Source: the human T2T-CHM13v2.0 reference genome, Homo sapiens
Strand: one strand, 5' to 3'
Assembly (NCBI RefSeq): GCF_009914755.1
Contig: NC_060946.1
DNA length: 64,000 nt
Both the position numbers and the translations under genes were made by a program. Under the pieces are notes generated by a model. That model saw nothing but the letters and a program-made list of their open reading frames with translations. It had not been told where the DNA came from and did no database searches. Positions 39,801 to 53,193 of the stretch are shown one piece after another (the stretch's first letter is position 1; every line of letters begins with the position of its first letter).

Positions 39801-42800
39801 CAGATTCAACAAAAAGTGTTTTTCAGAACTGCTCTATCAAAAGAAAGATCCACGTCTCTTAGCTGAGTTCACACATCACAAACAAGTTTATGAGAATGCT
39901 TCTGTCTAGTTTTTATTTGAAGATATTTCCTTTCTCACCATAGACCTGAAAGCTGTCCTAATGTTCACTTCCAGATACTACAGAAAGAGTGTTTCAAAAC
40001 TGCTGTACGAAAGGGAATGTTCAACTCTGTGACTTGAATGCACACATCACAAAGAAGTTTCTGAGGATGCTGCTGTCTACTTTTTAAACGTAATCCCGTT
40101 TCCAACGAAATCCTCCAAGCTATCCAAATATCCACTTGCAGATTCCACAGAAAGACTGTTTCAAAACTGCTCTGTCAATAGAAAGTTTCAACTCTGTTAG
40201 CTGCGTACATATATCCCAAGGAAGATTCTGAGATTGCTTCTGTCTACTTTTTATGAGAAGATATTTCCCTTTTCACCGTAGGTGTCAAGGTGCTCCAAAT
40301 GTCCACTTCCAGATACTACAAAAAGAGTGTTTCAAACCTACTCTGTGAAAGGGAATATTCAACTCTGTGACTTGAATGCACATATCACAAAGAAGTTTCT
40401 GAGAATGCTTCTGTCGAGATTTTATATGAAGATATTCCCGTTTCCAACGAAATCCTGAAATCTATCCAAATATCCCCTCACAGATTCTACAAAAAGAGTG
40501 TTTCAAAACTGCTCTGTAAAAAGAAAGGTTCAACTCTGTTAGTTGAGTACACACATCACAAACAAGTTTCACAGAATGCTTCTTTCTAGCTTGTAGGGGA
40601 AGATATTCCCTTTATCACCATGGGCCTCAAACCGTCCGAAACGTCCACTTCCATATACTACAAAAAGAGCGTTTCAAACCTGCTCTAGGAAAGGCAATGT
40701 TCAACTCTGTGACTTGAATGCAGACATCACAGAGCAGTTTCTGAGAATGCTTCTGTCTAGATTTTATAGGAAGATATTCCCGTTTCCAACGAAATCTTCA
40801 CAGCTATTCAAATATCCACTTTCAGATTCTACAAAAAGAGTGTATCAAAAGTGCTCTGTCAAAAGGAAGGTTCTTCTCTGTTAGGTGAGTGCATACGTCA
40901 TAAAGGAGTTTCTGAGAATGTTTCTGTCTAGTGGTTATGGGAAGATATTTGCTTTTTCACCGTAGGCCTCAGAGCGCTCCAAATATCCACTTGCACATAC
41001 TACAAAAAGAGTGCCTCAAAGCTGCTCTCTGAAACGGAATGTTCAACTCTATGAGTTGAATGCCAACATCACAAAGACGTTTCTGAGAATGCTTCTGTCT
41101 AGACTTGATATGAAGATATTCCCGTTTCCAACGAAATCTTCAAATCTATCCAAATGTCCACTTGCAGATTCAACAAAAAGTGTTTTTCAGAACTGCTCTA
41201 TCAAAAGAAAGATCCACCTCTGTTAGCTGAGTTCACACATCACAAACAAGTTTATGAGAATGCTTCTGTCTAGTTTTTATTTGAAGATATTTCCTTTCTC
41301 ACCATAGACCTGAAAGCTGTCCTAATGTTCACTTCCAGATACTACAGAAAGAGTGTTTCAAAACTGCTGTACGAAAGGGAATGTTCAACTCTGTGACTTG
41401 AATGCACACATCACAAAGAAGTTTCTGAGGATGCTGCTGTCTACTTTTTATACGTAATCCCGTTTCCAACGAAATCCTCCAAGCTATCCAAATATCCACT
41501 TGCAGATTCCACAGAAAGACTGTTTCAAAACTACTCTGTCAATAGAAAGGTTCAACTCTGTTAGCTGCGTGCATATATCCCAAAGAAGATTCTGAGATTG
41601 CTTCTGTCTAGTTTTTATGGGAAGATATTTCCCTTTTCACCGTCGGTGTCAAGGCGCTCCAAATGTCCACTTCCAGATACTACAAAAAGAGTGTTTCAAA
41701 CCTACTCCGTGAAAGGGAATATTCAACTCTGTGACTTGAATGCAGATATCACAAAGAAGTTTCTGAGAATGCTTCTGTCGAGATTTTATATGAAGATATT
41801 CCCGTTTCCAATGAAATCCTGAAATCTATCCAAATATCCCCTCGTAGATTCTACAAAAAGAGTGTTTCAAAACTGCTCTGTAAAAAGAAAGTTTCAACTC
41901 TGTTAGTTGAGTACACACATCACAAACAAGTTTCACAGAATGCTTCTTTCTAGCTTGCAGGGGAAGATATTCCCTTTATCACCATGGGCCTCAAACCGTC
42001 CGAAACGTCTACTTCCATATACTACAAAAAGAGCGTTTCAAACCTGCTCTATGAAAGGCAATGTTCAACTCTGTGACTTGAATGCAGACATCACAGATCA
42101 GTTTCTGAGAATGCTTCTGTCTAGATTTTATAGGAAGATATTCCCGTTTCCAACGAAATCTTCACAGCTATCCAAATATGCACTTGCAGATTCTACAAAA
42201 AGAGTGTATCAAAACTGCTCTGTCAAAAAGAAGGTTCTTCTCTGTTAGTTGAGTACATACGTCATAAAGGAGTTTCTGAGAATGTTTCTGTCTAGTGGTT
42301 ATGGGAAGATATTTGCTTTTTCACCTTAGGCCTCAGAGCGCTCCAAATATCCCCTTGCACATACTACAAAAAGAGTGCTTCAAAGCTGCTCTCTGAAAGG
42401 GAATGTTCAACTCTATGAGTTGAATGCAAACATCACAAAGACGTTTCTGAGAATGCTTCTGTCTAGATTTGATATGAAGATATTCCCGTTTCCAACGAAA
42501 TCTTCAAATCTATCCAAATGTCCACTTGCAGATTCAACAAAAAGTGTTTTTCAGAACTGCTCTATCAAAAGAAAGATCCACCTCTGTTAGCTGAGTTCAC
42601 ACATCACAAACAAGTTTATGAGAATGCTTCTGTCTAGTTTTTATTTGAAGATATTTCCTTTCTCACCATAGACCTGAAAGCTGTCCTAATGTTCACTTCC
42701 AGATACTACAGAAAGAGTGTTTCAAAACTGCTGTACGAAAGGGAATGTTCAACTCTGTGACTTGAATGCACACATCACAAAGAAGTTTCTGAGGAGGCTG

Positions 42801-44689
42801 CTGTCTACTTTTTATACCTAATCCCGTTTCCAACGAAATCCTCCAATCTATCCAAATATCCACTTGCAGATTCCACAGAAAGACTGTTTCAAAACTGCTC
42901 TGTCAATAGAAAGGTTCAACTCTGTTAGCTGCGTGCATATATCCCAAAGAAGATTCTGAGATTGCTTCTGTCTAGTTTTTATGGGAAGATATTTCCCTTT
43001 TCACCGTAGGTGTCAAGGCGCTCAAAATGTCCACTTCCAGATACTACAAAAAGAGTGTTTCAAACCTACTCTGTGAAAGGGAATATTCAACTCTGTGACT
43101 TGAATGCAGATATCACAAAGAAGTTTCTGAGAATGCTTCTGTCGAGATTTTATATGAAGATATTCCCGTTTCCAATGAAATCCTGAAATCTATCCAAATA
43201 TCCCCTCGCAGATTCTACAAAAAGAGTGTTTCAAAACTGCTCTGTAAAAAGAAAGGTTCAACTCTGTTAGTTGAGTACACACATCACAAACAAGTTTCAC
43301 AGAATGCTTCTTTCTAGCTTGTAGGGGAAGATATTCCCTTTATCACCATGGGCCTCAAACCGTCCGAAACGTCCACTTCCATATACTACAAAAAGAGCGT
43401 TTCAAACCTGCTCTATGAAAGGCAATGTTCAACTCTGTGACTTGAATGCAGACATCACAGAGCAGTTTCTGAGAATGCTTCTGTCTAGATTTTATAGGAA
43501 GATATTCCCGTTTCCAACGAAATCTTCACAGCTATCCAAATATCCACTTGCAGATGCTGCAAAAAGAGTGTATCAAAAATGCTTTGTCAAAAGGAAGGTT
43601 ATTCTCTGTTAGGTGAGTGCATACGTCATAAAGGAGTTTCTGAGAATGTTTCTGTCTAGTGGTTATGGGAAGATATTTGCTTTTTCACCGTAGGCCTCAG
43701 AGCGCTCCAAATATCCACTTGCACATACTACAAAAAGAGTGCTTCAAAGCTGCTCTCTGAAAGGGAATGTTCAACTCTATGAGTTGAATGCAAACATCAC
43801 AAAGACGTTTCTGAGAATGCTTCTGTCTAGATTTGATATGAAGATATTCCCGTTTCCAACGAAATCTTCAAATCTATCCAAATGTCCACTTGCAGATTCA
43901 ACAAAAAGTGTTTTTCAGAACTGCTCTATCAAAAGAAAGATCCACCTCTGTTAGCTGAGTTCACACATCACAAACAAGTTTATGAGAATGCTTCTGTCTA
44001 GTTTTTATTTGAAGATATTTCCTTTCTCACCATAGACCTGAAAGCTGTCCTAATGTTCACTTCCAGATACTACAGAAAGAGTGTTTCAAAACTGCTGTAT
44101 GAAAGGGAATGTTCAACTCTGTGACTTGAATGCACACATCACAAAGAAATTTCTGAGGATGCTGCTGTCTACTTTTTATACGTAATCCCATTTCCAAAGA
44201 AATCCTCCAAGCTATCCAAATATCCACTTGCAGATTCCACAGAAAGACTGTTTCAAAACTGCTCTGTCAATAGAAAGGTTCAACTCTGTTAGCTGCGTGC
44301 ATATATCCCAAAGAAGATTCTGAGATTGCTTCTGTCTAGTTTTTATGGGAAGATATTTCCCTTTTCACCGTAGGCGTCAAGGCGCTCCAAATGTCCACTT
44401 CCAGATACTACAAAAAGAGTGTTTCAAACCTACTCTGTGAAAGGGAATATTCAACTCTGTGACTTGAATGCACATATCACAAAGAAGTTTCTGAGAATGC
44501 TTCTGTCGAGATTTTATATGAAGATATTCCCGTTTCCAATGAAATCCTGAAATCTATCCAAATATCCCCTCGCAGATTCTACAAAAAGAGTGTTTCAAAA
44601 CTGCTCTGTAAAAAGAAAGGTTCAACTCTGTTAGTTGAGTACACACATCACAAACAAGTTTCACAGAATGCTTCTTTCTAGCTTGTAGG

Positions 44690-47600
44690 TGAAGATATTC
44701 CCTTTATCACCGTGGGCCTCAAACCGTCCGAAACGTCCACTTCCATATACTACAAAAAGAGCGTTTCAAACCTGCTCTAGGAAAGGCAATTTTCAACTCT
44801 GTGACTTGAATGCAGACATCACAGAGTAGTTTCTGAGAATGCTTCTGTCTAGATTTTATAGGAAGATATTCCCGTTTCCAACGAAATCTTCACAGCTATC
44901 CAAATATCCACTTGCAGATTCTGCAAAAAGAGTGTATCAAAACTGCTCTGTCAAAAGGAAGGTTCTTCTCTGTTAGGTGAGTGCATACGTCATAAAGGAG
45001 TTTCTGAGAATGTTTCAGTCTAGTGGTTATGGGAAGATATTTGCTTTTTCCCCGTAGGCCTCAGAGCGCTCCAAATATCCACTTGCACATACTACAAAAA
45101 GAGTGCTTCAAAGCTGCTCTCTGAAACGGAATGTTCAACTCTATGAGTTGAATGCAAACATCACAAAGACGTTTCTGAGAATGCTTCTGTCTAGATTTGA
45201 TATGAAGATATTCCCGTTTCCAACGAAATCTTCAAATCTATCCAAATGTTCACTTGCAGATTCAACAAAAAGTGTTTTTCAGAACTGCTCTATCAAAAGA
45301 AAGATCCACCTCTGTTAGCTGAGTTCACACATCACAAACAAGTTTATGAGAATGCTTCTGTCTAGTTTTTATTTGAAGATATTTCCTTTCTCACCATAGA
45401 CCTGAAAGCTGTCCTAATGTTCACTTCCAGATACTACAGAAAGAGTGTTTCAAAACTGCTGTACGAAAGGGAATGTTCAACTCTGTGACTTGAATGCACA
45501 CATCACAAAGAAATTTCTGAGGATGCTGCTGTCTACTTTTTATACGTAATCCCATTTCCAAAGAAATCCTCCAAGCTATCCAAATATCCACTTGCAGATT
45601 CCACAGAAAGACTGTTTCAAAACTGCTCTGTCAATAGAAAGGTTCAACTCTGTTAGCTGCGTGCATATATCCCAAAGAAGATTCTGAGATTGCTTCTGTC
45701 TACTTTTTATGAGAAGATATTTCCCTTTTCACCGTAGGCGTCAAGGCGCTCCAAATGTCCACTTCCAGATACTACAAAAAGAGTGTTTCAAACCTACTCT
45801 GTGAAAGGGAATATTCAACTCTGTGACTTGAATGCACATATCACAAAGAAGCTTCTGAGAATGCTTCTGTCGAGATTTTATATGAAGATATTCCCGTTTC
45901 CAACGAAATCCTGAAATCTATCCAAATATCCCCTCGCAGATTCTACAAAAAGAGTGTTTCAAAACTGCTCTGTAAAAAGAAAGGTTCAACTCTGTTAGTT
46001 GAGTACACACATCACAAACAAGTTTCACAGAATGCTTCTTTCTAGCTTGTAGGGGAAGATATTCCCTTTATCACCATGGGCCTCAAACCGTCCGAAACGT
46101 CCACTTCCATATACTTCAAAAAGAGCGTTTCAAACCTGCTATAGGAAAGGCAATGTTCAACTCTGTGACTTGAATGCAGACATCACAGAGCAGTTTCTGA
46201 GAATGCTTCTGTCTAGATTTTATAGGAAGATATTCCCGTTTCCAACGAAATCTTCACAGCTATCCAAATATCCACTTGCAGATTCTACAAAAAGAGTGTA
46301 TCAAAACTGCTCTGTCAAAAGGAAGGTTCTTCTCTGTTAGGTGAGTGCATACGTCATAAAGGAGTTTCTGAGAATGTTTCTGTCTAGTGGTTATGGGAAG
46401 ATATTTGCTTTTTCACCGTAGGCCTCAGAGTGCTCCAAATATCCACTTGCACATACTACAAAAAGAGTGCCTCAAAGCTGCTCTCTGAAACGGAATGTTC
46501 AACTCTATGAGTTGAATGCAAACATCACAAAGACGTTTCTGAGAATGCTTCTGTCTAGATTTGATATGAAGATATTCCCGTTTCCAACGAAATCTTCAAA
46601 TCTATCCAAATGTCCACTTGCAGATTCAACAAAAAGTGTTTTTCAGAACTGCTCTATCAAAAGAAATATCCACCTCTGTTAGCTGAGTTCACACATCACA
46701 AACAAGTTTATGAGAATGCTTCTGTCTAGTTTTTATTTGAAGATATTTCCTTTCTCACCATAGACCTGAAAGCTGTCCTAATGTTCACTTCCAGATGCTA
46801 CAGAAAGAGTGTTTCAAAACTGCTGTACGAAAGGGAATGTTCAACTCTGTGACTTGAATGCACACATCACAAAGAAGTTTCTGAGGATGCTGCTGTCTAC
46901 TTTTTATACGTAATCCCGTTTCCAACGAAATCCTCCAAGCTATCCAAATATCCACTTGCAGATTCCACAGAAAGACTGTTTCAAAGCTGCTCTGTCAATA
47001 GAAAGGTTCAACTCTGTTAGCTGCGTGCATATATCCCAAAGAAGATTCTGAGATTGCTTCTGTCTAGTTTTTATGGGAAGATATTTCCCTTTTCACCGTA
47101 GGCGTCAAGGCGCTCCAAATGTCCACTTCCAGATACTACAAAAAGAGTGTTTCAAACCTACTCTGTGAAAGGGAATATTCAACTCTGTGACTTGAATGCA
47201 GATATCACAAAGAAGTTTCTGAGAATGCTTCTGTCGAGATTTTATATGAAGATATTCCCGTTTCCAATGAAATCCTGAAATCTATCCAAATATCCCCTCG
47301 CAGATTCTACAAAAAGAGTGTTTCAAAACTGCTCTGTAAAAAGAAAGGTTCAACTCTGTTAGTTGAGTACACACATCACAAACAAGTTTCACAGAATGCT
47401 TCTTTCTAGCTTGTAGGGGAAGATATTCCCTTTATCACCATGGGCCTCAAACCGTCCGAAACGTCCACTTCCATATACTACAAAAAGAGCGTTTCAAACC
47501 TGCTCTAGGAAAGGCAATGTTCAACTCTGTGACTTGAATGCAGACATCACATAGCAGTTTCTGAGAATGCTTCTGTCTAGATTTTATAGGAAGATATTCC

Positions 47601-50600
47601 CGTTTCCAACGAAATCTTCACAGCTATCCAAATATCCACTTGCAGATTCTACAAAAAGAGTGTATCAAAACTGCTCAGTCAAAAGGAAGGTTCTTCTCTG
47701 TTAGGTGAGTGCATACGTCATAAAGGAGTTTCTGAGAATGTTTCTGTCTAGTGGTTATGGGAAGATATTTGCTTTTTCACCTTAGGCCTCAGAGCGCTCC
47801 AAATATCCCCTTGCACATACTACAAAAAGAGTGCTTCAAAGCTGCTCTCTGAAAGGGAATGTTCAACTCTATGAGTTGAATGCAAACATCACAAAGACGT
47901 TTCTGAGAATGCTTCTGTCTAGATTTGATATGAAGGTATTCCCGTTTCCAACGAAATCTTCATATCTATCCAAATGTCCACTTGCAGATTCAACAAAAAG
48001 TGTTTTTCAAAACTGCTGTATCAACAGAAAGATCCACGTCTGTTAGCTGAGTACACACATCACAAACAAGTTTATGAGAATGCTTCTGTCTAGTTTTTAT
48101 TTGAAGATATTTCCTTTCTCACCATAGACCTGAAAGCTGTCCTAATGTTCACTTCCAGATACTACAGAAAGAGTGTTTCAAAACTGCTGTACGAAAGGGA
48201 ATGTTCAACTCTGTGACTTGAATGCACACATCACAAAGAAGTTTCTGAGGATGCTGCTGTCTACTTTTTATACGTAATCCCGTTTCCAACGAAATCCTCC
48301 AAGCTATCCAAATATCCACTTGCAGATTCCACAGAAAGACTGTTTCAAAACTGCTCTGTCAATAGAAAGGTTCAACTCTGTTAGCTGCGTGCATATATCC
48401 CAAAGAAGATTCTGAGATTGCTTCTGTCTACTTTTTATGAGAAGATATTTCCCTTTTCACTGTAGGTGTCAAGGCGCTCCAAATGTCCACTTCCAGATAC
48501 TACAAAAAGAGTGTTTCAAACCTACTCTGTGAAAGGGAATATTCAACTCTGTGACTTGAATGCACATATCACAAAGAAGTTTCTGAGAATGCTTCTGTCG
48601 AGATTTTATATGAAGATATTCCCGTTTCCAACGAAATCCTGAAACCTATCCAAATATCCCCTCGCAGATTCTACAAAAAGAGTGTTTCAAAACTGCTCTG
48701 TAAAAAGAAAGGTTCAACTCTGTTAGTTGAGTACACACATCACAAACAAGTTTCACAGAATGCTTCTTTCTAGCTTGTAGGTGAAGATATTCCCTTTATC
48801 ACCATGGGCCTCAAACCGTCCGAAACGTCCACTTCCATATACTACAAAAAGAGCGTTTCAAACCTGCTCTAGGAAAGGCAATTTTCAACTCTGTGACTTG
48901 AATGCAGACATCACAGAGCAGTTTCTGAGAATGCTTCTGTCTAGATTTTATAGGAAGATATTCCCGTTTCCAACGAAATCTTCACAGCTATCCAAATATC
49001 CACTTGCAGATTCTGCAAAAAGAGTGTATCAAAACTGCTCTGTCAAAAGGAAGGTTCTTCTCTGTTAGGTGAGTGCATACGTCATAAAGGAGTTTCTGAG
49101 AATGTTTCAGTCTAGTGGTTATGGGAAGATATTTGCTTTTTCCCCGTAGGCCTCAGAGCGCTCCAAATATCCACTTGCACATACTACAAAAAGAGTGCTT
49201 CAAAGCTGCTCTCTGAAACGGAATGTTCAACTCTATGAGTTGAATGCAAACATCACAAAGACGTTTCTGAGAATGCTTCTGTCTAGATTTGATATGAAGA
49301 TATTCCCGTTTCCAACGAAATCTTCAAATCTATCCAAATGTTCACTTGCAGATTCAACAAAAAGTGTTTTTCAGAACTGCTCTATCAAAAGAAAGATCCA
49401 CCTCTGTTAGCTGAGTTCACACATCACAATCAAGTTTATGAGAATACTTCTGTCTAGTTTTTATTTGAAGATATTTCCTTTCTCACCATAGACCTGAAAG
49501 CTGTTCTAATGTTCACTTCCAGATACTACAGAAAGAGTGTTTCAAAACTGCTGTACGAAAGGGAATGTTCAACTCTGTGACTTGAATGCACACATCACAA
49601 AGAAATTTCTGAGGATGCTGCTGTCTACTTTTTATACGTAATCCCATTTCCAAAGAAATCCTCCAAGCTATCCAAATATCCACTTGCAGATTCCACAGAA
49701 AGACTGTTTCAAAACTGCTCTGTCAATAGAAAGGTTCAACTCTGTTAGCTGCGTGCATATATCCCAAAGAAGATTCTGAGATTGCTTCTGTCTACTTTTT
49801 ATGAGAAGATATTTCCCTTTTCACCGTAGGCGTCAAGGTGCTCCAAATGTCCACTTCCAGATACTACAAAAAGAGTGTTTCAAACCTACTCTGTGAAAGG
49901 GAATATTCAACTCTGTGACTTGAATGCACATATCACAAAGAAGCTTCTGAGAATGCTTCTGTCGAGATTTTATATGAAGATATTCCCGTTTCCAACGAAA
50001 TCCTGAAATCTATCCAAATATCCCCTCGCAGATTCTACAAAAAGAGTGTTTCAAAACTACTCTGTAAAAAGAAAGGTTCAACTCTGTTAGTTGAGTACAC
50101 ACATCACAAACAAGTTTCACAGAATGCTTCTTTCTAGCTTGTAGGGGAAGATATTCCCTTTATCACCATGGGCCTCAAACCGTCCGAAACGTCCACTTCC
50201 ATATACTTCAAAAAGAGCGTTTCAAACCTGCTCTAGGAAAGGCAATGTTCAACTCTGTGACTTGAATGCAGACATCACAGAGCAGTTTCTGAGAATGCTT
50301 CTGTCTAGATTTTATAGGAAGATATTCCCGTTTCCAACGAAATCTTCACAGCTATCCAAATATCCACTTGCAGATTCTACAAAAAGAGTGTATCAAAACT
50401 GCTCTGTCAAAAGGAAGGTTCTTCTCTGTTAGGTGAGTGCATACGTCATAAAGGAGTTTCTGAGAATGTTTCTGTCTAGTGGTTATGGGAAGATATTTGC
50501 TTTTTCACCGTAGGCCTCAGAGCGCTCCAAATATCCACTTGCACATACTACAAAAAGAGTGCCTCAAAGCTGCTCTCTGAAACGGAATGTTCAACTCTAT

Positions 50601-52870
50601 GAGTTGAATGCAAACATCACAAAGACGTTTCTGAGAATGCTTCTGTCTAGATTTGATATGAAGATATTCCCGTTTCCAACGAAATCTTCAAATCTATCCA
50701 AATGTCCACTTGCAGATTCAACAAAAAGTGTTTTTCAGAACTGCTCTATCAAAAGAAAGATCCACCTCTGTTAGCTGAGTTCACACATCACAAACAAGTT
50801 TATGAGAATGCTTCTGTCTAGTTTTTATTTGAAGATATTTCCTTTCTCACCATAGACCTGAAAGCTGTCCTAATGTTCACTTCCAGATGCTACAGAAAGA
50901 GTGTTTCAAAACTGCTGTACGAAAGGGAATGTTCAACTCTGTGACTTGAATGCACACATCACAAAGAAGTTTCTGAGGATGCTGCTGTCTACTTTTTATA
51001 CGTAATCCCGTTTCCAACGAAATCCTCCAAGCTATCCAAATATCCACTTGCAGATTCCACAGAAAGACTGTTTCAAAACTGCTCTGTCAATAGAAAGGTT
51101 CAACTCTGTTAGCTGCGTGCATATATCCCAAAGAAGATTCTGAGATTGCTTCTGTCTAGTTTTTATGGGAAGATATTTCCCTTTTCACCGTAGGCGTCAA
51201 GGCGCTCCAAATGTCCACTTCCAGATACTACAAAAAGAGTGTTTCAAACCTACTCTGTGAAAGGGAATATTCAACTCTGTGACTTGAATGCAGATATCAC
51301 AAAGAAGTTTCTGAGAATGCTTCTGTCGAGATTTTATATGAAGATATTCCCGTTTCCAATGAAATCCTGAAATCTATCCAAATATCCCCTCGCAGATTCT
51401 ACAAAAAGAGTGTTTCAAAACTGCTCTGTAAAAAGAAAGGTTCAACTCTGTTAGTTGAGTACACACATCACAAACAAGTTTCACAGAATGCTTCTTTCTA
51501 GCTTGTAGGGGAAGATATTCCCTTTATCACCATGGGCCTCAAACCGTCCGAAACGTCCACTTCCATATACTACAAAAAGAGCGTTTCAAACCTGCTCTAG
51601 GAAAGGCAATGTTCAACTCTGTGACTTGAATGCAGACATCACATAGCAGTTTCTGAGAATGCTTCTGTCTAGATTTTATAGGAAGATATTCCCGTTTCCA
51701 ACGAAATCTTCACAGCTATCCAAATATCCACTTGCAGATTCTACAAAAAGAGTGTATCAAAACTGCTCAGTCAAAAGGAAGGTTCTTCTCTGTTAGTTGA
51801 GTACATACGTCATAAAGGAGTTTCTGAGAATGTTTCTGTCTAGTGGTTATGGGAAGATATTTGCTTTTTCACCTTAGGCCTCAGAGCGCTCCAAATATCC
51901 CCTTGCACATACTACAAAAAGAGTGCTTCAAAGCTGCTCTCTGAAAGGGAATGTTCAACTCTATGAGTTGAATGCAAACATCACAAAGACGTTTCTGAGA
52001 ATGCTTCTGTCTAGATTTGATATGAAGATATTCCCGTTTCCAACGAAATCTTCATATCTATCCAAATGTCCACTTGCAGATTCAACAAAAAGTGTTTTTC
52101 AAAACTGCTGTATCAACAGAAAGATCCACGTCTGTTAGCTGAGTACACACATCACAAACAAGTTTATGAGAATGCTTCTGTCTAGTTTTTATTTGAAGAT
52201 ATTTCCTTTCTCACCATAGACCTGAAAGCTGTCCTAATGTTCACTTCCAGATACTACAGAAAGAGTGTTTCAAAACTGCTGTACGAAAGGGAATGTTCAA
52301 CTCTGTGACTTGAATGCACACATCACAAAGAAGTTTCTGAGGATGCTGCTGTCTACTTTTTATACGTAATCCCGTTTCCAACGAAATCCTCCAAGCTATC
52401 CAAATATCCACTTGCAGATTCCACAGAAAGACTGTTTCAAAACTGCTCTGTCAATAGAAAGGTTCAACTCTGTTAGCTGCGTGCATATATCCCAAAGAAG
52501 ATTCTGAGATTGCTTCTGTCTACTTTTTATGAGAAGATATTTCCCTTTTCACTGTAGGTGTCAAGGCGCTCCAAATGTCCACTTCCAGATACTACAAAAA
52601 GAGTGTTTCAAACCTACTCTGTGAAAGGGAATATTGAACTCTGTGACTTGAATGCACATATCACAAAGAAGTTTCTGAGAATGCTTCTGTCGAGATTTTA
52701 TATGAAGATATTCCCGTTTCCAACGAAATCCTGAAACCTATCCAAATATCCCCTCGCAGATTGTACAAAAAGAGTGTTTCAAAACTGCTCTGTAAAAAGA
52801 AAGGTTCAACTCTGTTAGTTGAGTACACACATCACAAACAAGTTTCACAGAATGCTTCTTTCTAGCTTGT
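44690..52870. repeat. Tandem duplication of a 3-HOR (4092 bp) block
   Basis: Many rare variants recur at +4092, e.g. gtaggtgaag 44686/48778, tttcagtc 45013/49105, gatgcta 46794/50886, gaaacctatc 48641/52733. Boundaries are approximate. Confidence 0.9.
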
Positions 52871-53193
52871 AGGGGAAGATATTCCCTTTATCACCATGGG
52901 CCTCAAACCGTCCGAAACGTCTACTTCCATATACTACAAAAAGAGCGTTTCAAACCTGCTCTATGAAAAGCAATGTTCAACTCTGTGACTTGAATGCAGA
53001 CATCACAGAGCAGTTTCTGAGAATGCTTCTGTCTAGATTTTATAGGAAGATATTCCCGTTTCCAACGAAATCTTCACAGCTATCCAAATATCCACTTGCA
53101 GATTCTACAAAAAGAGTGTATCAAAACTGCTCTGTCAAAAGGAAGGTTCTTCTCTGTTAGTTGAGAACATACGTCATAAAGGAGTTTCTGAGA

